The notes under the pieces were generated by a model. That model had not been told where the DNA came from. It made no database searches and saw only the letters and a list, made by a program, of their open reading frames with translations. A stretch of 62,922 nucleotides of DNA, the filler included, from Octopus bimaculoides (lineage: Eukaryota), in NCBI RefSeq assembly GCF_001194135.2. It is 3 parts of 3 records of this genome, joined end to end, with 100 filler letters (N's around TTAATTAATTAA, not from the genome) between each part and the next. Parts side by side here need not be neighbours in the genome. Positions count along the whole stretch, not along the records: positions 1 to 28,610 come from NC_068982.1; 2 more parts are not named here. One strand, 5' to 3'. The position numbers and the translations under genes are program-made. Shown in pieces: positions 1-15,215 of the stretch. Numbering within the stretch: the stretch's first letter is position 1; every line of letters starts with the position of its first letter.

Positions 1-105
1 TATATATATATATATATATATATATATGCATATATAGGTATATATGTATAATTATATGTGTGTGTGTTTGTGCAATATGCAAATACACATAAACATATCA
101 ATCAT

Positions 106-146
<41 letters not shown>

Positions 147-977
147 GCTCACAAGAAAGTGCGAAGTATGCAGATTAGTCTATCCTGTTTACTTTAACCA
201 CTAATACCAATAGGTATACATCCAGAATGTTCATGAACAACTCAGGAATACACACAGCTACCAATGAAACTCCAAGTAGAATTAAAGTGAGCAGCATATG
301 CAGCTGTTCCTTCTTTCTCTTCTTGTGTGGATATAAATGTAATTTTTGCATTCATTGTAACATACAGTGTTGGTTAGAAACTCTAGATATGTTCTATAGT
401 ACATAACAACCAAATAAAACACTTTAGATACACCAGAAATCTAATACCGTCTCTAAAGATACTGTACTGTATTATACTTCAATTAACATTGTATTTTTTA
501 TACAACTTCATATAAAAACAAACTTCTGTGTGTGTGTGTGTGTGTGTAGCTTCAATAAGATAGACAAACATACACAGACTCACACTCAAAAACACATGCA
601 CAGACACACTGGTAAATAAGAAGCATATATGACACATACACATATAAGTCACAACTATGTGCAGGAGGACAGAGAAACGTGCTCAGACGAAGAGACATAA
701 CATCATAGATATATTCAAAATTTTACAGCTATAATGACATCAAGACAGGGACAGTCATACATAGAAATATCTACACACATATACACACATTAGTGACAAC
801 ACTGACGTCAAGATACAGAGAAGTCTGTGTGTGTGTATATATGTAATAACAATAATAATAACAATAATAATAATAATAATAATAATATATATATATATAT
901 CACATATGTATAACACACATACACATTCAGACATAAGTTCATATATACGTTACAGATAACACTGATTTCAAAAGGTA

Positions 978-1058
<81 letters not shown>

Positions 1059-4000
1059 CACACATAAGAGATGACACAGCATACAATTAGAGATCACACA
1101 CACACATACACATACATTTCATACTAGAAAGACATAGGCATACATATTTTTGAGATGATGCAAAGACACACAAAGTGACAAGAGTAAATTAATGATGGTG
1201 TCATAGATACACAGCATACTTTCAAGTGCAAAGAAGCCTTGTTCTTCATTACTTAACTCTATTTAGCACTAGCAATAAAACTGATCTCCTTTCTGACTTC
1301 ACTGAATCTCTTCCTGTCTTCATCTCTATCAATCACAATGCGCTCTGAACCAATAATGTGATCACATGTTTTGCTAGAAATAGCAGCATAATGTCTCTCT
1401 AGTTACTTCATGCTGTCTTAGAAAAGGACACGTTGGATAATGTGATTCTGAGTTCCTTTGACTTGGAGATAAAATGGAGTGATCATGGTTAGGGATGCTT
1501 TTGATCAGTGGTTTTGACCAACCTACATGTGTTTGATCATATGTCCAGTCAGTCAAATCTGACCTGGAGCTAAATTAGAATTACAACAACAATTATGTAC
1601 TCAGACAATGAAAGTAGTTTCTATGTAGTCACTTCCTAGAAATAGCAGCCAAAATATGCATCAAATCACACCATACTGTCTTAACAGAAAGTATACTGTA
1701 CATTAAATAATGTAGTTATCAACACACTGTTTGGAAACAAAAACATACCCCAACAAATAAAGAAATACAAGATGACCAAGGCCAGAATGTTTTTAACCAT
1801 ACATAGACTTTGCCGATCGAAGTGGTTAGCAGTATTTCATCACTATGTTCTGAGTTCAAATTCCACCAAGGTCGACTTTGCCTTTCATCCTTTCGGGGTT
1901 GATAAATTAAGTACCAATTGCATACTGAGGTTGATCTAATAGACTGGCCCCCTCCCCAAAAATGTCTGTCCTTGTGCCTAGAGTAGAAAAGAATCATACA
2001 TAGGCTTGCTTGATTAAGGCTTACCTAAGGTTAAACAACAATAGCAACAACTTATTTGTCAAAAGTGCAAAAAAAAAATATTGGGAAGATTCAAGTGATA
2101 AACTAATGAAGTATAATCCCCCAAGGTCTTGGCTAATTCTTTCAACATATATAGGTGCAGGCATGACCTGTTTGGTGCAGGCATGACTGTGTGGTAAGAA
2201 GCTTACTTCCCAACTACATAGTTCTGAGTTCAGTCCCACTGCATGGCACTTTGGGCAAGCATATTCTTCTATAGCTTCAGGCTGACCAAAGTTGTGTGAG
2301 TGTATTTGGTCAAAAGAAACTGAAAGAAGTCTGTTTCACACACACACACATACACACATATGCGCACACACACACATATGTGTGTGTATATATGTGTCTT
2401 TGTGTCATTGTTTATCCCCAACCACTGCTTGACAACCAGTGTTGGTGTGTTTATGTCCCTGTAACTTAGCAGTTTGGCAAAAAGAGACTGATAAAATAAA
2501 CACTAGGCCTAACAAAAATAAGTACTGTGGTTGATTCATTCAACTAAAAATTCTTCAAGGTAATGCCCCAACATGGCCATATTCTAATGATCGAAACAAG
2601 CAAAAAAAATAAATAAATAAAATGTATCAGGTAAGAGCCTAAACTAGGTGAACAAAGACTCCCGAGTCATATAGCATCATGTTCATGTTTTTGTGTAGAG
2701 TATTCAGAAATATTATGGAATTGGATTGGTAAAATAGCTATCATATTAGGAAAAATGCTTTGTGACATTTATTCCTGTTCTTTACAATCTGTGTTGAAAT
2801 CTCACCAAAGTCAACTCCAAGGTCACCCTGACATTCATCCCACTGGGGGTCAATATTATATTGACTGTTTTCGTGCCTCCAATATTTCAAGTCTTGTGCA
2901 GATATTTTGTTCCAAGGCTAAAATTACAAGTTTGAGAGAGAAAAAGAGAGAGTGAGAGAGTACATTTTAAAACTGGTCTTGCAAAGGCTGCCTGTGTGTT
3001 TTCAAGGATTCTTCAACCATAAATAAGATCTTCCCTTTCATGGAAACTTTAAGAAGATTTTAAACTTAAAATATTTAACTGTTCTTTATCTGTATTTCTC
3101 TTTCTTGCTTTTTTTTGTTTTTAGTTCTTTTTATGCATAAAGCAGTATTTCTTACTCAATCTCTCATGGTTCACCCATTTTACAGGGCGGCTTAAATTAA
3201 TCATTCAAAGAATTTTGCATTTAAAGAATTTCCCAAGGAATATGTTATCCTTCAAGTGGTGTCATATATTTAACATGGAAGGTTTCAGTTGTCGCACCAT
3301 CAGTCATCATATACACACAAGGCTTTCTGTTCCATTATTTTAAGAACTAGAGTTGTAGAGTTCATACTTAGTGATAAGGGAAACAAAAATGATTTAGAGA
3401 TGAGTGTGCATTGGGGAGATGGGGGTGGTATGTGTGGAGGATATTGGTTTGTATTTTATTAATCTTAATTTCAGAGTTGTCACCCTTGCATTCCTTTAAG
3501 CAAAATCATTAAAGCTAATGATTTTTTTCGATATGATAATAATTTTAATTGATTATATATAAACTACATATCAAATACTGACAGTTTTACTAATTATAGA
3601 AGATGGTTTGTGAAAACTATGAAAGAAATCATTGATAAATATTAGCAACCAAGTAAATATATGTACATACATAGAATTGAAACACTCGACCAATCAGATA
3701 CAATTGTAATGTCTCAGCTGAAAAATATCATCCATCATCTCCACACACACACACATGTATATTATATACATATATATCATTATCATCATCATCATTTAAC
3801 GTCTGTTGTCCATGCTGGCATGGGTTGGAGGGTTTGACCAGAGCTGGTAAGCTGGAAGGCTGCACCAAACTTCAGTCTGATTTGTCATGGTTTTCTATTG
3901 CTAGATGCCCTTCCTTACACCAACCACTCTAAGAGTGTAATGGGTGCTTATACATGCCACTGGCATGGGTACCATTTGCATGACACCAGTGTCTGTCATG

Positions 4001-4458
4001 ACTGCAATTTTGCTCAAGCATGACATTATGCCAAAAATCCTGATCATTGCCTCTGTGAGGTACAACACTCGAAAAGAACTCAGCCAAATTGCCTCTATCA
4101 GGCCCAACCCTCAAAAGTAACCCAGCCACTTTGCCTCTGTGAGGCCCAATGCTTGAAAGGAACTCAGCCACTTTGCCTATATATAAATATATATATATAT
4201 ACATAATTAAGGGATCAGCAAATATATCTGTGGGAGTCTCAGCTTTTTTAGCTGCTATTTCTGAACTTTGGTATATGGTGAAGCAAATATTTGCTGATCC
4301 CTTAATTATGTTTATAAATATATATGAACTTTTAAATAAGTTCTCCACCAATAATGGTGCTTACATACCGATGGGCTTGGTAAAAATTATTAATTATTAA
4401 TTGTTGATTTATTAATGAATTAATAAATTGATAATCCTTTACCCTTTTTAATTTGTGG

Positions 4459-4506
<48 letters not shown>

Positions 4507-4869
4507 ACGAAGGCACATGGCTCAGTGGTTAGGGTGTTGCACTCATGATTGTCAGATCGTAGCTTTGATTCCCAGACCAGTTGTTGCATTGTGTTCTTGA
4601 GCAAAGCACTTCATTTCATGCTGCTCTGTGGTCATTTCATCATCTGACATGTGGCACCTGTTGCACCTGTACAAGTAATGTAGTTTTGATGGAAGGAGTG
4701 AGCTCATGTGTACACAAACATTCGATTGCTATAAACGAGTCATCTGTGTGGTTGTTTGATAAGAAATTGTTGAACCCTCATAAATCGGCCAACAATGGGA
4801 GAGTCCATCATATATACACACATGCATATATTTATATATATGTGCATATATATATATATATATATAAGT

Positions 4870-5045
4870 TCAAAAAAACAATAACAAAAACGCAACAAAG
4901 TGAGGACGTGATACGGATAGTGTTATTGGATGCTCCGGGAAAGGAAAGAGAGAGTGTATGACGATTCAGGCATAGCCCTTCGTCGGAAAGATGGAAAGTT
5001 CGGAGAATGGAAAAATGGAGAAAGAGGAAAATGGTACCGATGCCC
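4870..5045 (-). mobile_element. PLE pseudo-LTR fragment with decayed hammerhead
   Basis: Minus strand CCGACGA-A-GGGC-TAT-GCCT-GAAT-CGTC at 4959-4986. Same family as 38441-38600. Confidence 0.5.
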
Positions 5046-5367
5046 ATATATATATGTAAATATATATAATATATGTATATATATATAATACATGTAAATA
5101 TGTAAAAAATTCCAAATTTTATTTAATTTGCTTTGCAGGAAGGACTATTCCAATGAAGTCGCGTATTGTTCTTGCCTTCGACATGTGGAGTAGATGGAAC
5201 AGGGACAACTGAAGAAGAGAAATATTCTTTATGTTTCATGTCTCGTTTCTGTTTGTTTTTTCCGTTTTTTGTGATGTCCTGTACCCATATATGCATGTAT
5301 GCATACATATAGATGTAGGTATGTACATATATGTATGGATATATACATATATATATATTATTTATGT

Positions 5368-5408
<41 letters not shown>

Positions 5409-5412
5409 TATA

Positions 5413-6284
5413 TTGAGTTGGCAACTAAGTTCCTGCCGTTTATTAAAATTTTGGAATTTATTTTCGAGAATTCTATTTTTGAATCACTTTGGAATCTATT
5501 TTGTTTTTTCTAGTTAATTTTAGTTAATTTTTGTTTATTTTCAGATCATTAAAATGGAATTTCAAGTTAAGAAAAATGAGCATTTTTGATACCTCCTTTT
5601 TTGCTTTTAATCAAGGTTCTAAGGCTGCAAAAGCTGCTCACGACATTTGTGCTGTGTATGTAGAGGGTACCATAGCTAAAAGAACCACTCGTGATTGGTA
5701 TGCCAAGTTCAAAAATGGAAATTTTAACCTCGAAGACGCACCTCGTTCTGGCCGTCCAGTTGAGTTCGAGGAAGAGCGATTAAACCAGCTTTGGCACGAA
5801 AATTTTCGTCAGACGACAAGGGAACTGGCAGAGAAAATGAACTGCTCTCACATTGCTATAGAGAAGCATCTTTATTCACTGGGGAAGGTTCAAAAGTATG
5901 GAGCATGGGTTCCGCATGCTTTAAGTGAAAACAACAAAAATCAAAGATCCACAATCTCCGCTGGTTTGCTTGCTCGTCACCGCTCAACTCATGGACATAA
6001 GCAACGATTTCTTTACCGAATCATTTCTGGCGAAGAAAAATAGTACCTGTACATCAATATGAAGCAGCGTAAGGAATGGCTTAGCCCCGGTAAACAATCG
6101 ACAGCGCACATAAAACAAGATCTTCCCCCGCATAAAACAATGTTGTGCGTATGGTGGGACTGGGAAAGGACCAAACGGTCAACGCGGAACTCTATGTTCA
6201 ACAAATGGAACGACTCAACACGGCTATTCAAGAGAAAAGACCTAATGGGCAGCATGGAGTTCTTCTGCTGCACATGTTCATCTA
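5413..6284 (+). mobile_element. Degenerate, 3'-truncated mariner transposon
   Basis: TA followed by TIR TTGAGTTGGCAACTAAGTTCCTGCCG at 5413. ATG at 5554, HTH region, DAPRSGRP, WVPHAL, MLCVWWD, then ..LYVQQMERL..RPNGQHGVLLLH where it stops. Contains stops and frameshifts, and has no right TIR. Confidence 0.92.
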
Positions 6285-9200
6285 AATTTTAATCCAGTTG
6301 AAGTCAACATTGTGCTTTCACCCATCTCAAATCTATAAAATATGTATCAAGCCTGAACTGAGTCCCACACAATCAACTATACTTCTGTTCCCCCTCAATA
6401 AATTTCTAATCTTGCATTTGTTTATTATTAGCATTGCTGTGTTATAGAAGACTTGATCCATGAATTAATAACTTGTGCCAGTTACCTAGAAATAACATCT
6501 GTTGATTACTCACCAAGTTTTCCTTAAACTCTAGTTGCACCATGAAGGTTAAAGAAAAAGGAATTATGTTAATTTATGCATAAAGAAGATATTGCAATTG
6601 TAAACCAGTAGTTCTTAGCCTAGGCACTTGTGCCCTCTAGTGGCATTGTGAAGTTAAAAGGGTGCAGTAAATGTCAAGGAAGTATTATGGGAAGCATTGA
6701 TTGTTTAAAGTGGTATGATTTTTCTAAGATAAAATATTCAAACATTGTACAATGCTCATGTTTTAAAAACATTCTCGAAAATATTGTTGGTCAAGGTTGA
6801 AATATAAATAGGAAGAACATTGTGTTATGAGTGAGCAGAAACATGACTGATAATACACCAAGATATTGTCTGATATAATATATCTTCTAGTAATTTCCAT
6901 AAAAATTTAACAGTGGGGAAAATGTCCATGCAAATATCTAAAATGTGGCATGTGCTAGATAAAATAAAAAAAAAACTATGGATAATAAGCTACTGTGCAA
7001 AAATTAGCTTCTGTTTGATGAAAAATAATTTCCCCATGCACACACAGGGAAAACATATGTAGGGTAGAATGAAACAATTGGACACAGCCATTTGGATGCT
7101 GGTGATTTGGCATGGTTGACTGGACATTGAATCTGTTTTGGTATTGCCCTTGTTTTGGTGTTGCTCTTGTTTCGGCAACAATACCTCTTGGAACTGGAGG
7201 TAAATGCACATATGCACACGTGCAAAAACATATACATACAGACATTAGGACAGATAGTTAAAGAGAGACATTACAATTTATTAATTGGAACCAATTAATA
7301 TAAACACTTTCCTTCTTTTCAAATGCATGAAAAGAAATATGCTCACACACATAAACAGAGGGAGAAATAGAGAGAGAGAGAGAGAGAGATAGAAAGAGAT
7401 AGAGAGAGAAAGAAGCAGACTGTAAAAAGTATTTATTTTCTTTATTGCCCACAGAGGGCTAAACATAGAGAGGACAAACAAGTACAGATAAAGGGATTAA
7501 GTCGATTACATCGACCCCAGTGCATAACTGGTTCTGATTTAATTGACCTTGAAAGGATGAAAGACAAAGTCGACCTTGGCGGAATTTGAACTCAGAATGT
7601 AACAGCAGACGAAATACTGCTAGGCACTTTGCCTGGTGTGCTAACAATCCTGCCAGCTCGCCACCCTAGACAGTAAAAGAAATATTGAAATGCAAACACA
7701 TCACCTCCTTGCATATGCATAAATGAACCCCACCGCCACACACACATAAAGAGAAAAGGAGAGAGAAAGAGAGAGATGTGTTTGTAACAATTGGTGGGGG
7801 GGGGGTCATTAAACACATCCTAATACTTCTCTTATTCTCTCTCCTTCCAGTTTTTCTGCTCACTGAACCAAAGTTTAAATTCACTGTCAGTTCTACTTTG
7901 TCAAAGATGTACAGAAATCCACTGTGTGACAAAAGTTTGTTTTCCACATTTTATCACTATTTCATTAGCCACCATATATACAAAAAACACTTTCCCAGTG
8001 CCAAAAGGTCCTGAATACAAAGCGTCTGATGTCAAATAAGTCAACATCAATGCAGCAATGCCAAATAGGCAGCTACAAAATGGGTGTGCCAAAACATCTC
8101 ATACCCTAGGTAGGTGGTGTTCACAAAATTCCCCTGGAAATGTTTAGTAATGGTGCTGAACTATCAAAAGCTGTAAAGCAACCAGTTTGTCAAAGTAACA
8201 ATCAGTTCTGTAATGCTCCTACTTGGTATATCTTTACATGTAGGTGGACAGAGACATTTAAGAGATAAATATATTGGCCAGAAGCTTTGTAATGTATTGG
8301 TAGGATAGTATGAACTGTAGACTCTCTAATCAAAAGTCTAACACTATTGATTTTAAATGTCAGTGACTCTCATATGTTAACAATCTGTGTTGTCTTAACT
8401 GAAGACATTCTCTTTTCAGCATCAATAAACACCACTCTGTGATGGTGGATTAGCAGAACTATAACATTGTTGGACTGGATACGTTGTGATAGTTATTCTT
8501 AGTTCAAATTCCACCAAATGAGTGGTAGACTTAATCTATCATTTGGTTGAACACTACCACCTGGTCTTGACTGCTTTTAGTGGTGCCCACTCTCCTGCAG
8601 GCAGACATTCAGACTGGATAAATTTCTCCTTCCCACCAGTTTCTGAGGCTGTGTAAACAGTGATGGACGTCATCTACACTCCTGATTATTAGATTTTAAC
8701 AAAAACAGTTTATACAGAGCTAACAAGGGAGCTTCTATGTCAAGAGTCAAGAACCTTTTCCAATCTACGGGAGAATTCTAGGCAAAACGAACCTGTGGAA
8801 GCACATCTATACTGAAAAACAAACTTGTAATTTATAATTTTGGAACTTGTATTAAATTGCTGTTTTGATCCTAAAACTTTAAACTGTTTTTATATAAGGG
8901 ATTTAAGAAATTTTGCCAACAGGTGCTTTCAGATTTGAATGAGGGTAAGAGGTCCATATGTCCAGTCAACCTGCTAGAAATAACAGTTAAATAAACTTCA
9001 AACACCCTTTGTTACCTTAAAAAGAGGATTCATTAGATCAGTGTTTCTCAAAGTGGAACACATACTCCCACCAGTAGGGTGTGACAATATTTTGGTCAGG
9101 CATAGGTTACTTCAGAATTGGGCATAAATATGTAACAAATGGATAAAACTCCCAATGAAATTCTTATTAAAATGTCTTTTGAATATTATATATGTGATAT

Positions 9201-12200
9201 ACTAATTTTCTCTGTTCATGGAAGGGCATGCCTTTCTTTTTAAAATCAAAGTGGAATGTTGGATAAACAGGGTCAAGAAACATTGCAAAAGGTAATGTGC
9301 TCGTGGATGTACCATGTCTGAGTAACAAGTGGAGTGGTCACTGCTGAAACATTTGATTATAGCTTTGTTCAATCTAGGCTGCCTTGCAGTTAAACAACAG
9401 CAACAACTCTTTATTAATTAATGTAATATACCTGAAACAGATTATCTACTTGCACCTCTCTGTTATATTAAACTCACTGGGTTTTCTATAGAGTAATATC
9501 CAAATCTTTCTTCCTGATCTCATGCATGTGCAGAGACTGGAAACACATTATCTCCCACCCATATAATCAATATGGGGATGCTTGCAGAAGGTGGTGGAGT
9601 TGTTTACTAAAGATCTTTAAAAACATAATGATAATAATCATAATAAAAATTTTGGAGAAATTGTAAAGGAGCAAAACTGGTAGATTTTAAATGAAAAACT
9701 ATTGATTCCATTTAACAAAGAACAAAGCCAAATATTATAGGGAAGTAGGAAATAGTTGACTGAAGAATCTACCATACTTTGTGACTGTGTATGATGTTAT
9801 TGATGTAAGAGGAAAGTGAAATTGACACTGGTTAATTTTGAACTCAAAACTTTCAGGAGCAAAATAAGAACATTGAAATATATTTAAGTCAGCCATCTTG
9901 TTCTGATTTAAAAAGAAAATTAACTTAACACTTAATAACATGATACTGATAAAGTAAGTTTCAGAGTCAAATGAGCATTGGTGTTGATATGAAGGATTGA
10001 AGCATTGGTGTTGATATGAAGGATTGCAGGATTGAACCTTTTGAAAGAAGTACCCCAGCATGGCCATCATTCTGTGACAAATTGTAAAAGAAATCCAAAA
10101 ATTTATATGTGAACTTTGTTGTTCAATAAATAGGATCAGTAAAATACATGTCAGATAACCAATAAGTACTGGAGTCAATATATTCAATTAAAACCCTTGA
10201 AAGAACTGTTTCAACATAAGCAGTAGTTCAATGACAAACTAAACTATAAGTAGCAGAGATATGAGGATTCAGATTTGTAAAAAATATGTAAATTAGCTTG
10301 TGTGATATTCATGGCTTTCCTACAAGTATAAGGACATAGCTTTGTTCTCTACAAGTATAAGGATATAGCTTTAGTGGGTTTTCAGAGAAGAAAAAAAGGT
10401 TAGCCTATTCAATTCATAGCTAACATTTCACCTATAGTGCTTATCCCTTTTATGAAAGTTATTGTTTACTTAGTTCATACATAGGTCTCCAAACCCAGAG
10501 AATAGAATGATGAGATTGTTCAATAATGGCACTGAAATTTAAAGTTTTCAACCAGAAAATTATGCGAGGCTCAGTCTTTGATTGAAATGGACTCTAATTC
10601 TATTCCACTTTCTAATTAAAGACAAAAACTGTTTCTTCATATTAAGTTTGATGATAATCTTGCTTATGGATATAAATCACTGAGGTTAATTACTCCGAAA
10701 CATTATCTGCATGGAAATCTATAATTAAGTTAGGAGTTAACATATTCAATTTAGTGAGCACCAAAAATTCTAATTAAAAATGGTTATGTGGTTGAGTAAA
10801 AGACTACATTAAACTCATTAATTAATATCATTTTAATCAAAGCTTTATTATTTTGGTCAAGGCTGGAATGCCTTTGAATGCTGGTCTGCTCAATCAGGGC
10901 TGACCCAACATTAAACAGTAACAACAAAATTAACAGATACGACAACAGATACAGCAGCAGCAACAGGAACAACAATTCTTAGGCTTTACTGTGTAAACTA
11001 TATTCACCAAGATAAACTGCAGGTGGCTAAAATTGATTTATACCCCAAACAATTTTATATCTGCAGATTTACTCGCATCAGGGGTAAGACATTGTTGTTT
11101 CTGTGAATTACATGCTTGTTAAAAAAATCTGATACATAAAGAACATTTTAAAATTTACAAGGAAAAGTTTAACTCTGAAGAAGATATTTCAGCTTCATTT
11201 CAAAAGTTGCTACATAGCCTCAGATTAGCAATTATTAAGTAAGCATATCAGATATTTTATTAGGAATTATCGTTCTGGTAGTTATGGTGTTCAGATAGAT
11301 GCCTGTAGTATAAAATTGTCATGTAACTTTCTTTTAATTTGTACACAGCTTGTAATCAGAACTAGTGTCTAGTTTTCAAATTTTAATTAATTTGGACTCT
11401 GATGCATCAACTCATTAATAAAATGTCTTTTTTTTTCCATTTTGATTTGAGTTGTCTACCTTGCCTTTAATTAAACATTATTTATTGATGTTTACCTGAC
11501 TTTGATGCAGGTATAGTCTGTATTGAAATTATTGTGCTTATCACTTTAGGGATGTTTGCATTTATTTCATTATATAAGCTAATACCACTTTTATTTTTTT
11601 CCCTATCCTAAGAAGAGGTTTAAGACCTGAAATGTTAGGTTCTACAATTCCTACAGCAATTTAATTTATCAAAGGATTCTCCTGAGCTGAGGACATTTAA
11701 AGGGGAAAAAATTTCTCCAATAACACAATGGAATATCAGTAGATTTGGACATGGGACTAATTAATAGGGTTGTTAAATAGTTTATAAACCACAAAAGCAT
11801 ATTAGGTCAGGATCAGATGAAAAAGTATCTACAGTACTCCAACAAACCAGACTAATACTATATATTCATTTGTATTTTTAAGTCTGTTTTTTCATGCTTG
11901 CATGCCTTAGACTAAATCTTCTTTTTGATGCATTGTTTTAGAGTCAGATGCCCTTCTTGATGCCAACATTCACTTATTTTTGAAGTACAACATCACTTAT
12001 TCTACACAGCTCTGAAGGCATGAAGTGCTCAGACAATTTGTTGATAGGAAAAACTGAAAGCATCACTGCCCACCACATTTTCATATAAGTGAATGCAGAT
12101 GTAAATACACACACACACACACACACACACACAGCAAAATGTCAAATGTGAAGTACATTAGCTGCTTCTTAATGCCTCTACATAAACATTTATCTGGAGA

Positions 12201-12540
12201 TTGTTATAAAACATGAAAGTATTTGCAATATTGTAGAATGTAATATGTTAAAGTTGTAAAAATACAGAAATGAAATGTAATAATCAGACTAATTTAATTG
12301 ACTGAGACATGCATGCGCACACACACACATACACACTGCCAAAATGAGAGGGTCATCACACATTTCATATATTGATATTTTCTCTGAACTAAATTTTTAA
12401 TTCTAGGTTTTAATTCACCTGAAGGAAACAGTATATTTTTTTTTTCATGGTGTAATTGGTGAATTCATCAATAAAAAAACATGTCTGAAACAGCTGCACT
12501 GAACTTCAACCCATTTGCACTCTCTCTTTATATATATATT

Positions 12541-12574
<34 letters not shown>

Positions 12575-14958
12575 TGTAAAACAGGCTTCTATCAGTTTTC
12601 ATCTACTAAATTCACTTACAAAGCTTTGGTCAGCCTTGGGGCTACAATAGTAAACAGTTACCCAAGGTACCACACTGAATGCATTCAGATAGTCTTTGGT
12701 GGTGATTTTGTGACTGCAAACCAGCTGCCTGAAGACTATATATACATTCTACTGGAATTTTAATATAAGAGTAAAATACCATATGCTGAAAGACTTAATC
12801 TGGTACTCTATCATTTCTGACAGATTTTCTAGTTTATTTCTCAAATATTTTAAATTAATCTTTATATGTTTCAAATAAATATGTTATATTTTTGGACAGA
12901 GTAAAAGCAATATTGATTAGCAGATATATCCTACTGGTCCTTATTTCACTGAACCTTGAATAAGTAATTAAATATAATAATTAATAAGCTTCAGAAAATT
13001 CATTATCTGAAAATGTTTAATGATTGATTAATTTTAAATTGGTTGATAAAATAAAATTTCAATATAGGATCCCATTCATCATATTATTAATTGTGTGAGT
13101 TCTGGTTTTAGAACAAGTATGCTATGATGGCCCTGCAAGTCACAAGATACTGTTTAAAAGTTTGGTGTCAGAAAAGACAGACAGCTATAAACGACTGCCT
13201 CAAACATGGAATCATGATGACTACAATTAGAAAACCATCATAGGGGTCTTTAAAAAGTGACCCCTGATTTAGCAAGGAAAATGGATGTAGAATGTTTTGT
13301 ATGTCTCTGCTTAAACAGTGCATGTCAGAATTTTGCTGAACATCAGATTATATATATTTGAGGTCAACTTTTCCTTTCATCCTTTTGAGGGGTCAATAAA
13401 TTAAGTACCAGATGTGTACTGGGGTCAATCTAATTGACTAGCCCCTCCCCCAAAATTTATATTGCGTATTAAGTTACAAAAATTTATATTGTGTATTTAG
13501 TTACATAATTTTATGTTTTGTGGTCAAAACCCTGCTAAGGCTGTTATGTTTTATTCTTCTGGGTGGTGTGAACTTAATCAATAAATGTCTCCCATCAAAA
13601 CTAATCTCCAGCTGGCAGAATCATTAACACACCAGACAAAATACTTAGCAGCATTCCTAATTTTACTTTCTGAATTCAAATTCTGCCAACATCTACTTTG
13701 CCTTTCATCCTTTTGTGATCAATAAAATAAGTACAAGTTGAGCACTGAGGTTTATGTAATCAACTAACTCCTCTATGCCACCTACTAAATTTCAGGCCTT
13801 GTGCCTATAGTACAAAGAATTAGCTTTGTCAAATGTAGCGATGTTAGAATGCTACATGCAATACCTTGTAGTATTCAGTTACATCCTTTTAAATCCTGAG
13901 TTCAAATTCCACAGTGGTTTATTGTCTCTCATCACTTCACTGCCAGTTAAATATATATCAGTCAAATAATTGCATGGAATGAATTTCAGTCAGCTTTATC
14001 CCTTCTTCATAAATGAATGCGTTTGTACCAGTATAAGACCTCATTATTAACACTTCCATATGACTAAAAACTTGGTCTTGGGACTCACTCTTAACTTCAT
14101 TCATGGAAGTAATACTTGCTGATTTCCCTTTAGACCTTCCTTTAACTGAAATTAGGAAATATTTTCTGACTGGAAATATGTAAGTCAATCAAAAACTGGC
14201 CTGGATATATTGCAATTTCTCATTATTCTTGAGATTAAATCTCATCAGTGCCAACTTTGGTTTCCATCAATCTGGAGTAAAGGAAGGATATCATTTTTAT
14301 TGATGTTTAGTGCCCCTGGACAACAGTGATAGAACAAACCTGTGATAAAAAAGCATTTTTTACTGTGACTATACTGTATCTTTAGCAGGTATGGTTGTGT
14401 AGTTAAGAAGCTCATTTTGCAACCATGTGATTTTGGTTTCAGTCCTACTGCTTGGCCCTTTGTACATTTTCTACTATAACCCCAGGTCAACCAATACCTT
14501 GTAAATGAATTTGGTATTTGGAAACTATGTGGAAGTCCATTGTGTGTGTGTGTGTGTGTGTTTGTGTCCCTGTTTGTCCCTCCTCTGACCATTGCTTGGC
14601 AACCAGTGTTGGTTGTTTTTACATGCTATAACCTAGCAGTGTGGCAAAAGATACTAAAAGAATAGACACCAAACTAAAGATAAGTGCTGAGGCTGATTTG
14701 TTTGAGTAAAACCCTTCAAATATTGAGACAAATAAAAAATAAAGAAATATCTTGAACTATACTATTTAATGTACTATTTCCTATTTTAAGACAAACAATG
14801 GCATATACTTTGAGTGAGAGTTGATTGATATTTTCAGCATGTTCAGTGACTAGTTAGACCATATTCCTTCATGGAGAAAAAAGACCCAAAAGAAGCTTTT
14901 TCAGAACGAAAATATGAGAAATAAAAGAAAAAATATAAAATAAAGCCACAATACTCAC

Positions 14959-15104
14959 TTAAGGCCAGTTACAATTTCAATGGCAGAGTTGAAGTTTCCA
15001 ATAATAAGACAATATGAAGCTAATCTGAGGATACAGGATAGTATGGCTTTTCTGTCATCATGTGTTGGTTGGGTAATGATTAAATGGGTAATCCAACTGC
15101 TGAC
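14959..15104 (-). CDS. PLCE1: Internal coding exon, RasGEF (CDC25) domain, most likely phospholipase C epsilon
   Basis: Acceptor ttttcctttctgttacag, donor AA|gtgagt, 146 nt, phase 0 to phase 2. Encodes VSSWITHLIITQPTHDDRKAILSCILRLASYCLIIGNFNSAIEIVTGL(K), with the CDC25 GNFN..EI..GL motif. It aligns by eye to the recalled human PLCE1 segment VSSWVTWLILTAG...MGNYNAVMEFLAGLR. RasGEF identity is firm and orthology is less so. Neighbouring exons were not found with confidence. Confidence 0.75.
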
Positions 15105-15215
15105 CTGTAACAGAAAAGGAAACACTATTTCATTGAGCTGTTTATTCTGGAACAACTGATAAAATACACACTGTACACCACAAGCTGCATGCTAGAAAAT
15201 AAAAAAAAAACAATA

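Noticed and set aside
9040-9284. hAT-like MITE (CAGTGTTTCTCAA..TCAAGAAACATTG)
   Set aside because: The TIR match is short and no 8-bp TSD remains, so support is too weak to call.
9967-10370. Short tandem duplications (about 25 bp at 9975, about 29 bp at 10318) as CRISPR-like repeats
   Set aside because: Only two adjacent units with no spacers, in a eukaryotic context. These are ordinary slippage duplications, like those at 23201-23260.
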